DNA of 64,000 bases from Zygnema circumcarinatum SAG 698-1b (lineage: Eukaryota > Plantae > Zygnematophyceae): positions 248,001 through 312,000 of the forward strand of contig CM074806.1 in assembly GCA_037447605.1 (NCBI GenBank), read 5' to 3'. The translations under genes were made by a program, and so were the position numbers. Position 1 is the stretch's first letter. Every line of letters begins with the position of its first letter. The notes under the pieces are model-generated. The model was not told where the DNA came from and did no database searches. It was given only the letters and a program-made list of their open reading frames with translations. This document shows, one piece after another, positions 10,546-22,174 of the stretch.

Positions 10546-11728
10546 AGGCCATACTACGATGACGGTGAATTGGTCGCGGACACATGGCAGATAAGGGGGT
10601 TAGTTGGTCGGCATATCACAAAGCGCATTATTCGGCAGCGAATAGGTGGTCGCTATGCGGCAAGGAATTCGGTTAGGGTTTGGCGCATCACGACGCGCAC
10701 TAAAGCGTCGACGAATCAATTTTTGCCACATAGCAGATAAAGCGTAGTGGAGCGGCACATCAGGACTCGCGTTGGCGCATTCTGACGCACGCATGCAGGT
10801 CGGCGCGTGTGCGTTCCGTCTTGGATGCACGCGTCGACCCCTTTGCAAGGCGGGCCAGCTCTTTGAGCGCAGCACATCCTAGCACGTGCACGCGGGGTTC
10901 GTTCTCGCGCTCAGTCGCGTCGCGTGGCATTCTGGGTTTAGCTCGTACATGTGGTCGATTTGCATACCCGCTGCGTGGTAGGATCCCGACCTGGGCTTTC
11001 AATGTTGGCGGACGAGCGTGTCGGTGGCATTGGCCGTGTTTGCTTGTGATTAGCGGTGAACCGACAGCGCGCAGCCGTTATGTGGCAAGGAATTTGGTTA
11101 AGGTTTGGTGCATCACGACGCGCATTATAGCGTCGGCAAATCAATTTTTGCCACATGGCAGATAAAATGTAGTAGAGCGGCACGTCGAGACTTGCGCTGG
11201 TGCATTCTGATGCACGCTCGCAGGTCGGCGCATGTGCGTTCTGTCTTAGACGGACGCGTCAACCCCTTTGTGAGGCGGGCCAGCTCTCCGAGTGCAGCGC
11301 GTCCTAACACGTGCACGCGGGTCGGCCCATGTGCATTCCCTTTTGGATGCGCACGCCGACCCCTGTGCGAGGCGGGTCAGGCGGCTTGCGCGTTCGCAAC
11401 CTGGGGCGAGACCCCCCCTATAAAGGAGAGGGCGGCCTTTCTCATTTTGCCTTGTGCTCCTTCGTCCTTCGCTTTTTGATGTTTCTCTCGCTGTCTCTTA
11501 CTTTTTTTTTGCCAATCGCCTTCAAAATGGCTGCGTCGCTCTTTAGCGCAACGACTAATTTAGCGGCCCCCCAATGAGGAGTGCGAGGAGTGCCCGAGAG
11601 TGCAAGTACGATTGCATTTGATTTCGAAAATACATTTGACTTTGAAGAGATTTCACAAAGGGAGGCAGACGAAGAGGACCGGCCGTAGGCAAAGGAGCCA
11701 TTGCATGCGGGGCTACCAAAAGTGCTCC

Positions 11729-13013
11729 TCAAAAATCACGGCGATGAGCTTGGCTGCCCCTCACAGGGCCTGCAGCAACAAGTAGAAACTAAGATTAGCA
11801 ACTAAGAAATAAGCAAACTCCATTGAGCTTAAAAGCAAGCAAGGGAAAACACAACACACCAGGTTAGAGAATAAGAAAACTTACTCGCATTTGGAATCCT
11901 CATGACATCATCTAACTCAATTGCCGCCACTTGGTCGTAGAGAATAGAAATGTCATCGAGCATTTCCCTTGCAGTTGGGGGACACTCCTAAAACTCAGAG
12001 AGCGGCTCTGAAACCCCAACAATACAATGTTAGACAGCTAGTCAAAATATATAACTTACGTGTATTGAAGAAAAGCAAGAGAAAGAAAAAAAAACTTGAA
12101 TTGAAACTGCGTTGAGAAACGATTTACTTGAAGGCGAGATTTGCAAGGCATCAAATTTGGACACGAGAGCGTTCACGCTGGCAGGCGTCACGGGAAGAAG
12201 AGGGAAAGAATGAGGAAGAGGAGGAGGAGGAGGAGGGGGAGCAGCAGCAACAACAACAGTTGGGCGTCCCCTTACAGCACCTGCAGTAAACACGAGAAAA
12301 AAAAATAAAGTTACTAAAAAAATAGAAATACAGTAAAAGAAAATTGCACTTCAAGTAGACAGCAAAACATTGATGTTAGCAAGAAAAAACACCAACTAAA
12401 GAAAGGGACTTACTTGCAGTTGGAGTTTTCATCACATCATTTAACTCAATTGCCGTCACTTGGTTACAGAGTATTGTGATGTCGTTGAGGATCTCTGTCA
12501 CAAAAGGCGAAGACAAACAAAACTCGGACAACGGCTCTGCATCCCCCAACAATAAAATGTTAGACAATCAGACATTTACAATCAAAACGTTTAGCTTTAC
12601 ACCGAAGAAATGAGAAAACAAAAGAAAAAAGGGGAGAAAGGGGAACTTACTTGAAGGAGAAATTTGAAGGGCGTCAAATTTCTCAATTAAGGATTCCACG
12701 CTTGCAACCATCACCAAGGGAAAGGGAAGAGAATGTGGAGGGTTGCGCGAGGGTTTGCTGCCCCTCAGAGGGTCTGCAACAACAACAACAACTATAATTG
12801 TTTAAGAACGCAAAAATCAACATAAAAATTTGACCTTGGAACAAAAAAGTACACCAAAACACCAACTGAAAAGGTAAAACAATTTACTTACAGTAGCTGA
12901 GTCTCTCATCACGTCGTCCAATTTAATTGCCGCCACTTGGCGGCACAGTATCAAAATGTTATCCAAGAGCTCCGTTGTAATTGGTGGATACGTGAAGAAT
13001 GAAGAGGGCGGCT
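11729..13013 (-). CDS. 3' six exons of an orphan gene encoding a three-fold ~85-aa repeat (A-B-A-B-A-B); 5' exons not found
   Basis: Exons 13013-12888, 12773-12651, 12536-12414, 12280-12128, 12007-11885 and 11769-11729. All have AG/GT sites, all joins are phase 1, and the frame is open to TGA. Repeat core: I.IL..QV.AI.L.DVM and ASV..L..KFDALQISPS. Confidence 0.65.
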
Positions 13014-14114
13014 CTGCAACCCTATAGACAGAATGTTAGCTGACTAGAACTTCACAACAAAAACGTGTAGCTCAAAAAGTACAAGCAAAGAACGCAGCAG
13101 CAGTGCAAGCACTACTACCACACTAGGGTATGTCAAACCTCTTGTGTTTGGCCTTTCTTGCTTTTTATCAAAGTTGTTTCAAATTCTAGAAAAAGTTTGT
13201 GTGTTGTATGTCTGCATTAAACCTACACGTAGTTTGGTGTTGATGCTGGTTGCAGGTTCCTTCTTCGCCAGAATATTGTGCACCACGGTGGTGCATTCTG
13301 GTCTCCTCTAGCAATTAGCGAGAGCTCTTTTTTGGCTGCTTGGTCCGGCTTGCATTTTTGATTTTTCTGGCATTCTTGTGATTGTCTTAAATAAAACACG
13401 TCCGGAAGTCGAGGATTAAGTAGGAACTGTGAGATATAAGAGACTCAAAAGGGAGTGGACCCATTTTTTTCCTCATATGATGGTGAATTTTTCTCACCAT
13501 CAAGGTGTTTTTTTTATCAGAGAAACGGGCGCTTGACTTTTTTTTACTTTCTGTAGGTTACACAGCATTTTGCTGCAAGCATTTTAGTAAACAATTCATG
13601 TTGTTTATTTTCCACACAGTTGTCGCCTTCTAGAGATTGGAAAAATGGAATGACTGGCAAAGATTGAATGGTGTCTTAGCATATATCCATAAACGACTGT
13701 CTTGTGTCAATCCAAGAGATGATCCGTATGCCGCAATTAAGCCTAACATCAACATCAGGAATTGTTCTGGACGACTACCATGCTAAAAATAATCGAGGAA
13801 ACACACCCTCGAAATTTCCATTTCAACTGCAACGAGCCATGGCCCTCTGAATCACTTCCCACCCACCTGCCGAAGCAGGAGCTCAGCTAAAGCGGGCAGC
13901 TGCCGGCAAATGACTTTCGGGTCAAATTGCTGCGTTTGATCCTGAACCTCGCGGCATCCCTTCATAGTCTGCCTCTGCCTCTCCTTGCCTCTCTGCCTAC
14001 CCCTTTCCAGCTCCATAACCCCTCCCCACCCCCCCCTTTGCCAAGCCCTCCCTGCCTGCCCCTCTGCTCTGCCTCTCCATGCCTGACTCTCTGCTCTGCC
14101 TTTTCCTACTCCTC

Positions 14115-14210
14115 TGGTTGGTTGTTGGTTGGTTGATTGTTGGTTGGTTGATTTGGTTGATTGTTGGTTGGTTGATTTGGTTGATTGTGGTTGGTTGGTT
14201 GTTGGTTGGC
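14115..14210 (+). repeat. (GTTG/GATT)n compound microsatellite
   Basis: ttggttgattgttggttggttgatttgg repeated. Confidence 0.85.
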
Positions 14211-14900
14211 CAATCTGCCTCTCCGTCTCCTGGCCCCTCCGCTCTGCCACTCCCGGCAACACATCCCTGCCCATCTGCCGCTCCCTCCCTGTCCGCTCCC
14301 TGCCCTTCTACGTCTCCCTCTCCCTCCCACTCAACCTGCCCCTCTGCCTCCCCCATTGCCTCTCCCTCTCCCGCACACTACCTGCACCTCTGCCTCTCCC
14401 TGCCTACCCTCCTTTACCAGTTTAGCGTCCTTTCTCTTTTGCAATAAATGTGATGTTTGTTTCTTTGACAATAAGACTTTTGGATCTGCTTCTTTTTGCT
14501 TTTGATGGTCTTCTGGAATGCTTGCAAGGACCAGAACTGCAGCGTCCGATCATAGATTAGAAAGTATTGTATACTGGTGTTAAATGACTCCAGTCAAACC
14601 AACAACAAACTCCCCATCATGTTAACCGATTGCTCCAAGAATAGTTAAACCATTGGAGCTATAAGGGTCAGATGTATATATTTCAGTCTCGGATGACAAA
14701 GTAAAATCTCCAAATATTGTAAAGTGACAAAATTCTGCATCGTCTTGGCGCTCACTGTCCACAAAAAAAGGCGGTCAAATGTGGACTTTGACCTTGGCTC
14801 CCTCTTCCTCCCACTCATCTCCGCCATCTCCTTCATTTCCTTCCCTTATCCCTTGTCCCTTCTTCACAACCCTCTTGCCATTTATTTTTCTTGTCTTCAT

Positions 14901-17900
14901 CTACCTCGCATAGGCAGGAGGCTCTTCGTCCGGAATCTGCGAGCCAGGAGAAGAAATTTGAGTTTGCAGAACCAATGAATCGGATTTTGCTTGTCCTTCA
15001 ACAAAAGAAGAGCAGCCCCCTCCCCCCTCCCCCCTAAACCTTTCCTTCCCCCCCCCCATCCCCTCCACTCCTTCCCTAGCCCCCTCCCTCCTCCTCTCCT
15101 CCCTCCTCCCTCCCCTCTCTCCCACTCCCCTCCCCTCTCCCCCCTCCCCCCCTCCTCCTCTCTCTCCACTCTCTCCCTCCCTCTCACCTTCTCACCCCCC
15201 TTCCTTCTCTCCTCTCTCAGCCGTGTGTACCTGTCCAAGAGACCACTTTTCAGCAAGCCATTTGTCAGCTTCTCCCGATGTTGCCGTGGGGGACATTCCT
15301 GCGGCAGCCCCTGAGTTGCTGCTGCCAACTGGCAGGATGGCGGTCCTGCGAGATGGCCATACATAGAGAATGCATGAAAAGTTGTTTTGCTAAATCCATG
15401 CCTTCAATACCACCCCCTGCAGGTGTGAGACGAATCAGTCTGAATGGATGGAGGGAAAAGTCATTTCAAAGAGCACCCAAAGAGTATCCACGTAGCCGAT
15501 ATCTCTTCCTAAATCGTGGAAAAGAACAAGATGGAATATGGGAGGGGAATGGAAAGCGAAACGCCCGAGGAGAAGAGCAAGAGCAAAGGAGACAAATTTT
15601 CCGTACAGATGCATAAAAGCTTCCTCTTGGTAAGAGCAAACTCACTGTGAGGATGTTACATGCACTCCTGCATTTCCAAATGAAGGGGTTGCTCCTACAA
15701 CTCCCGTCATATTCAGGTGTGCTGCTATTTCAAATGGGCCACTTCCAGCACCTCCATTTGGAAGCCCCCCGAATACCCCTCCCCCACTCTGTACTGAAGG
15801 AAACATTCCTGCAGAAGGCTGACTTGAAAGAGCAGAAGATGCGTGCCCAAACATCAAAGGAGAGCTTGAAGGCTGAGGTCCAAATGGACTTCCAAACTGC
15901 CCATTTTGAGAAACTTGTGACTGAAAAAGGTTCGTAGGAACAGAGGTTGATTCGAACGTACTGAGAGGAGGGCTATTACCACCAAAACCAAAACTCGGTC
16001 CTGTGCTTCCAAAGTGTGAGGGAACATTGCTCCCAAAAAGACCCCTAGAGGGAGGTGGCGGAGATTGGTTAAAGGCACTACCGAAAGCTGGCTGAGCTTG
16101 GTTATAGGCACTACCGAAGGCTGGCTGAGTTTGGCCGAAGGGAGCTGCTAGGGTAGAGAATGGAGGAGCAGTAATAGCTGGAGAAGGAGCAGGTATTGGC
16201 TTTCCGAAAAGAAGGGCTGTGCCAGGAGGAGGGAGTGCGGGAGAGGTAGTGGGAGAGAGGAGACTTGAGGTAGCTGGTCCAGTGTAAGGGTTATTGAGAA
16301 GGTTGTTGAACGCAGCTTCTCCAACCGAAAACAGTTGCTTTTCTCGTTGAATCTGTTCATTACGAATGGGCATGATAAGAAAGGAATCATGAGATGAAAC
16401 AAAAACTTGCAGATTAAGTGGTTCGTATGAAAGATCAAACATGATGAACCCGATGATGATTTTCTTTTTTTGTTGATGCAATAAAAGTAATAACCCTTAC
16501 AACTGCTTCCCGAGATTCGCCCCTATCTTCTGCTTGACGAGCCTCCCAGCGAAGCTCCTCCGGGCTGACGTCACCTATAATATCGTTCCGTACACTGCCG
16601 CAGAAGCCCTTTCCATGCAGTCCCACCGTCAGCCAAAAGGAGACTACTGAGTTCATGCAAGCAGATCAGCTTTTGAATGCAACCTCTCTGCCTGCATTTC
16701 GTTCAAAACTGTTTGTCTTGTATGAAAGTCTATTCTGTGAGCGTGACATCTATTCGTACTTTCTTGATGTTGCCATCTCTGTTCCCGAACAGGGAAAAAA
16801 AGGTAGAAAAACGAAACGGAATCAGAACAATGCATGCATGACATGGAAGTGAACGCACTATTTATAGTGAGAGTAGGACGTTGCCCGCCAGAATGATGGT
16901 CGTTCGTGCTTTTGATCGTCCCGAATGATATTCCGACACTCTCGCGGATTTCCACATCTTTCCTTCGCCCGAGTCCCACAAAATCTTAGCACTACTTGAC
17001 ATCATTTTAACAAGAGCAGATGAGAGGAGGCACACAAGCTAACCATTCCCCAAGATGGCAAAGTTGTAGTGGCAAAGAGCAAGAAGAAGAGAAGCAATGA
17101 ACATGCTTGATCTCATTACAGGTAATTACAGGTAATGAGAAGCAAAAGACAAATGTTATGTAGACAAACAAATCTTACTTATGGTCCTTTGGGGGAGAGG
17201 GGGCCTGTTGCTGCTGGGGTGCTCTGTTATCAAATGCAGCGAAGCGATTGGGGGAAGCAAAGCCTCCATTCCCTCCCTACAGAAGAATGAAAAAACATTA
17301 ATTCAGACAAGCACACTTTCTGGAAGTTTACATCAAAACACTTCAGGAAGCAATGCTTCTCCTGATCCATTACTGTTTGTCCTCAAAATCGCAAGGGACA
17401 GACTCACAGTTTTTTGCTAAACATCTCCTTCATGCATGTATTGCTGATTCCACATTATCTTAGCTTACAGGGTATTGGGCAGCTCGTCTCCCACTTCCAA
17501 AGGTATTTTGCTGCTGCTGCTGATGCGGCTGCTGCTGATGAAGAAATTTGCAGTTATTACCTAGCTTACAACTGCACATACATTCAAAAGTCCAATACTC
17601 TTAAAGATCTGCCTATGTCATGGACGCAAAGGGAAAAGTTGGAAGCATCCATCTCCGCAAGTTGTTTCATGCCTATAATGACAAACATACGTGCCCCTGT
17701 AACATAAACAGGATGAGGGATCCTATAAAAACCATTAATGTCGAATCCTAAGGGCTCCACAACATCCTCGGAACATTAATCTGGTTCAACACTCTGCATG
17801 ACAGTCAGTCTTAAGTCTAAGCATATGAAAGAAGTTGTCACAATTTCTCCTATTTTCCAAAAAGGAAATAACTGGAGCGTAGTTTTTGTAATATCCATTG

Positions 17901-18350
17901 TCAGCCACGAGTTTGAACACTGAAGCAAATAATCAGAGCCTATAACTGTCAGAACTTTCTGCTACTTCACACTCAGTTCTATAACGGAGCGAGCTTCAAT
18001 TCTCAGCACAGGTATGGCAGAACCAGCCAGCGGATACGGAGCAAATTGTACACGCCAGAAATCTATGATCTTGCAATGTTAGCTAGTTCATCCAATCTAA
18101 TATGTTATTATACAGAAAACAGAAACCTGATAACCCGATACCTGATACAGAAACCTACACCTTCAGCTCTTTCCGTCCAGTGTACTGTTTCACATCAACT
18201 TAAAAAAGAAGTTGAACTTGTTCTCTAACTCCCTAGCAATGAGAAGCCAACCAACTCCAAGCATGATTCAGAAAGGGAGCCTCCTCACGCAGGAAGTTGC
18301 TCTGCTACTCACTTTCCCTTTGCAAAAAACTTGCAAACTGGTTTGCTCAT
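14901..18350 (-). CDS. NUP42: CCCH zinc-finger FG-nucleoporin, NUP42/CG1 (NUPL2)-like
   Basis: MSKPVCKFFAKGN|CKLGNNCKFLH (C-x7-C-x5-C-x3-H); ECRNIIRDDQKHERPSFWRATSYSHY; NDIIGDVSPEELRWEA; a long FG-rich exon (15650-16350); C-terminal KWLAEKWSLGQ|IPDEEPPAYAR*. Confidence 0.85.
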
Positions 18351-18690
18351 TGGCCTGTATGCTTCTCTTATGTCAACGTCCTCCACCACCACTTTTTACC
18401 GTGCAGTTTCTTGTGATAATGGCCTGCAGAAACGAGTATTGATGAGAGAGGAACGCCTTCGTACACGCGTGCTCTACCTCGGCAACATTTTCTCTCTTCT
18501 CTCTCTCTTTCTGTCCTCTGTTTCTCCCCACTCCTTCCCTCCCTCTCCCCTCTCTATACCATCTGTCTTCTCCGCATTCTTACATCAACACGCAAAGGTC
18601 CCTCGTTTTTTCTTGGTTGCATGCGCCGTATAAACGACCTAACCCAGAATACACTCGAAGCAGCTTTGGAGCGCCTTCACGACTGCAACG

Positions 18691-18700
18691 TTTAGGGTTT
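18691..18700 (-). promoter_or_regulatory. Telo-box (TTTAGGGTTT) in the NUP42/ARPC4 divergent promoter
   Basis: Exact motif between start codons that lie about 640 bp apart. Confidence 0.45.
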
Positions 18701-18987
18701 CAGATAAAGCGTCTGCGAACTTCACAGCTGTGCGGCTCAATATTCAGACCAGAGCAGTAAAAAAGAAAGGCGAATACAGATATCACTATACCAATCCTTC
18801 TTTGAATAAAAAAATAATCTTTTTAGGGTTTCTATACTTTCACTCCTCTTCACTTTCCTTGAGCCTTGTTCTACAATTTGAGACGTCTTCTTTGTCAGAT
18901 CTTGCAGGGGGCTGAACATGGCAAAGTTTGGTATTAGGAAGAGGCAATGAGAACCATTGACTTGTCATCTGCACGGAAAAGAAGCTC

Positions 18988-21412
18988 ATGGTGAGTTCAA
19001 TCTCATCACTGTTGAAAGTTCGTTATTAAAGATATCCCTGAGCAAATGATTTCTGAAGATCGATGTCGGCTCACCGCACCATTCTATTTCCTGAGTGTTC
19101 TGCAAGTGGAGTAGAGTGACTGATTGTGGCGTGGGTGGCGAGGTTTCTGCAGGCAAATACTCTTCGGCCCTACTTGACATGTATTCGGAATACTCTCACG
19201 GCCACCATGTGCCTCCACGTTAGTTCATTTTGTTCTTTCTTTGCATTGCTTGATATTTAGAGCAACATGTTTCGGACATTCAAACGTGAAGTCAACGGTG
19301 AGGTGGTCTCATTGCGAGAACGTATTCTTTTCTCTAACCATTCAACTAGGCCGTTTCATGTCAGCTAATCTGCAGTGCAGAAACTGCGTCATAGCCTTAA
19401 GTTCACAACAAGATTTTGACTTAGAAAAGAGCAGTCAAACGAAGTATCTATGGGACCTGCCACTCTAAATTATGGAAGAGTTTTGCCGTCCTTCTGCAGA
19501 AAACCTCAAAAACCTGGACTCAGAATACAGTTAACCCTAGAATTGCAGAGCCAATGAGTTGTTGACAATCTCAGCAAGTTGGTGGCATTCTAGTTCCTGT
19601 TATCTTGTTAAGATTAGTTGTTCTTTCCCATTTAGAACTGTATCCTGCAAAGTAAATGCGAAATTACACCTTGTTTGCTTATAAACATGGCCCTCTGTTT
19701 GTATTGGATCTGGTGACAGAATTTTCCATGCCAAGAGGTGGAGAGGCATAACCGCCCTGAAGTGGAGTTCAAGTAAGTTTATTTTTGCCGGCAGAAGAAA
19801 TCAATGTAATGCAATGTTGAGATGTTTCATATGATCGCAGTATTTCTGTTTTTGTTCACCATTCTTGCCCTTCGGTTAACCACAGAATTTTTCCTTCGTG
19901 TTATCTGAGGCTCCTCCATAGCAGAGATTGTTGAGGAAAGTGCTCAGCTATCCTCAGGAAACCAAGTTTCAGGAAAATTTTGTAATGAGATTCGTTCTCG
20001 GAAGCCATTGCAAGCTGGCATGAGTCAGCATGATGTTTTGTACTATCCCGTTTCCAACATCTGCGTACCATATTGGGATGTGGTGTTGCAGGACAAGTCC
20101 TGAACTCCTGCTCAATCCTGTATAGACATTCCTCCTTCCCTCAACTCTTACTGCCCTGTTCAAAGTCAAGCAGGAGATGGCTGCTCATGTGTAGTCCATG
20201 TGGAGCTGGATTCTTGGTTGGAAATCTCAATGCCTTGCTCCTTCAAGTACAATTGACTTTCCTTCCCGTTTTTGCTATGGATTAATGGGCATGAAGCCAT
20301 TGCCGTTTGCCTTTGTCTATGCGGTTTCACATATCTAATTGCGACAGCATGTGTGGCTTTTGCAGCGGTTATTTTGTTTGTTCAATGTGACATTTCCTCC
20401 GTTATTCAGATCAAAAGCTCTCCTTATGGTTGTTTATGAACAGTGGAATTGAGAAGGGAGTAACCTCTGACACATCGTAATGCTTGCTATGCAGGTCCTC
20501 ATATGTCGGAATGAGTCCGAAAAGTGCCTCATTGAGGGTTCCATCAACTCCTTGCGTATCAGCATCAAGGTGAATCTACTTCATCAGCCATTTGCAAACA
20601 ATCCAAAGAAGTCATTTGGAGGTGTTTTGTTTCTATAGTCCTTTGTTTGTGGTTCGAGACTGGTGCTGGATTGCCCTCGCCGTTGCAATTCATATTTGCA
20701 TTTTGGCAATGGCCATTCTCCCATCCATTTGTGCAGGTGAAGCAAGCAGATGAGCTGGAGAACATTCTGGCCACAAAGTTTTTGCGCTTTATTTCCATGC
20801 GAGCGGAGGCATTCCGTGTGCTGCGCCGCAAGCCTGTTCAGGTACACACTGCTTTCAGAGGCATTGCTTGCTTTTTCAACTATGAAGAAACAAGCAGAGA
20901 ATTTGAATAGCTCAGCCAAAAGATCTTCAGTTAAGTAAGAAGAACTTTTTGTTCTTGAAAAGGAAATAACTCGGACTCTCTCCTTCAAGTGTGATTCTTA
21001 TGGCATTGAGAACAGAAGGAGATAATGGAGGAAGTGTGCCGCCAATGTGCAGGGCTATGACATCAGTTTTTTAATAACCAATCTTCATTGTGAGGAGATG
21101 TACAAGCATAAGCTCATTGACTTTATCGTGCAGTTCATGGAGGTAAGCTGTATATGTGTTTTCTTCGTTTTCTGCAATCTGTTTTAGTGGAGCTTGGGTA
21201 TCATAGGCACGCAGACGTATCAAGTGAGGTATGAACTTGTCATATTGAACGATCCTACTTTTTCTATGTGTACTGAATGTACTAATTAAGAGGTTGCTTT
21301 GGATCTGTTCTGAACTGTGCAGGACATCGACAAAGAAATCAATGAGCTCAAGCTTTCAGTGAACACTCGAGGCAGGCTGGTTGCGACTGAGTTCTTGAAA
21401 CAGTTTTTGTGA
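18988..21412 (+). CDS. ARPC4: Arp2/3 complex subunit 4
   Basis: M|[21 protein letters not shown] ... [11 protein letters not shown] ... PELLLNPV ... INSLRISIK|[35 protein letters not shown] ... [29 protein letters not shown]. Confidence 0.96.
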
Positions 21413-21749
21413 TTTCCAGCCTTCTTATGGACGGATTTCTCGTTTTGGTCGTCTTCCTTTTGCTTCTTCACTAGATACAGTAGGCATTTTGGCCCTCAGC
21501 TTAGAAACAATAGAAAAAGTCTTTGCCATTATTAAACAAAAGGACCCAAGGGATTTAATCAACTGAACAGCTTCTTTTCCCAGCAAAGAAAAGAGATTAA
21601 AAAAAAGATTGCTTTGTTCTGCGGTATAGAAAAGAGCTTATCTCTGTCGTTCCGTTTGCTTTATCAAAAAGTTTTGGCTTTGGCTTTGGCTCTCGGGTTA
21701 GGGGGGGAGGGGGAAGGGGGCCGCTGTTCTTTTGTTCAAGAACAAGCAG

Positions 21750-22060
21750 AATGCGATTCATTGGTATGGGGATGGGGGAACGAGTGAGAAGGGAAGGCAG
21801 AGATGGAGTGGCAAAAGGCAGTGGCAGTGCGAGAGGGGATGGGAGAGGGAATGGCAGGGAAAGGAAGAGGGACAGTGAGCGAATGGGGGAGTGGGGGAGG
21901 CGGAGGGAGAGGGAGAGGGGGGAAGTTGGGGAGTGGAAAGGACAAGGAGGGGAATGCCGAGGCTGAGACAGAAGCAGGCTGCAGACAGTACATGCAGATG
22001 GAGGGGACGAGGGAGAGAGGGGAAGTAGGGGATGTGGGCAGGTGTCTGGTACAATTAAAA
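21750..22060 (-). repeat. Inverted dispersed copy of the repeat at ~7750-8060
   Basis: Reverse complement contains tgcatctgc.tg.actgtctgcagcctgcttctgtctcagcctcggcattcccctcc, matching cctgcctcttcctcaacctcggcattcccctcc at ~7880-7915 and the following blocks. Confidence 0.7.
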
Positions 22061-22174
22061 GCAAAAAAAAATATTCAAAGCCCCATTATACAAAGAAACA
22101 AACATGATGATTTTTACAATTAAAAAAGAGAAAAACTCGCCGTCACGTGGCAAAAAAAAAAAATTGCTCCTTTC

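Larger units (their letters stand above)
9172..11460 (+). mobile_element. GC-rich dispersed repeat with internal degenerate direct sub-repeats; host of two TRIMs
   Basis: Homologous in inverted orientation to 36040-36785 (e.g. ccctcgcgcactt(t)tggcc.tttggaggggcgggcc.gccc.tgcgatcgcg). Block 9400-9560 recurs at 10880-11050 (tagctcgtac.tgtgg...gcgtggtaggatcccgac.tgggctttcaatg). TATAAA at 11419. No transposase or termini identified, so the class is unassigned. Confidence 0.6.

Noticed and set aside
17560-18310. Micro-exon needed to complete the NUP42 zinc finger
   Set aside because: The acceptor at gtgcag|ttgtaagctaggt supplies CKLG directly, so no micro-exon is required.
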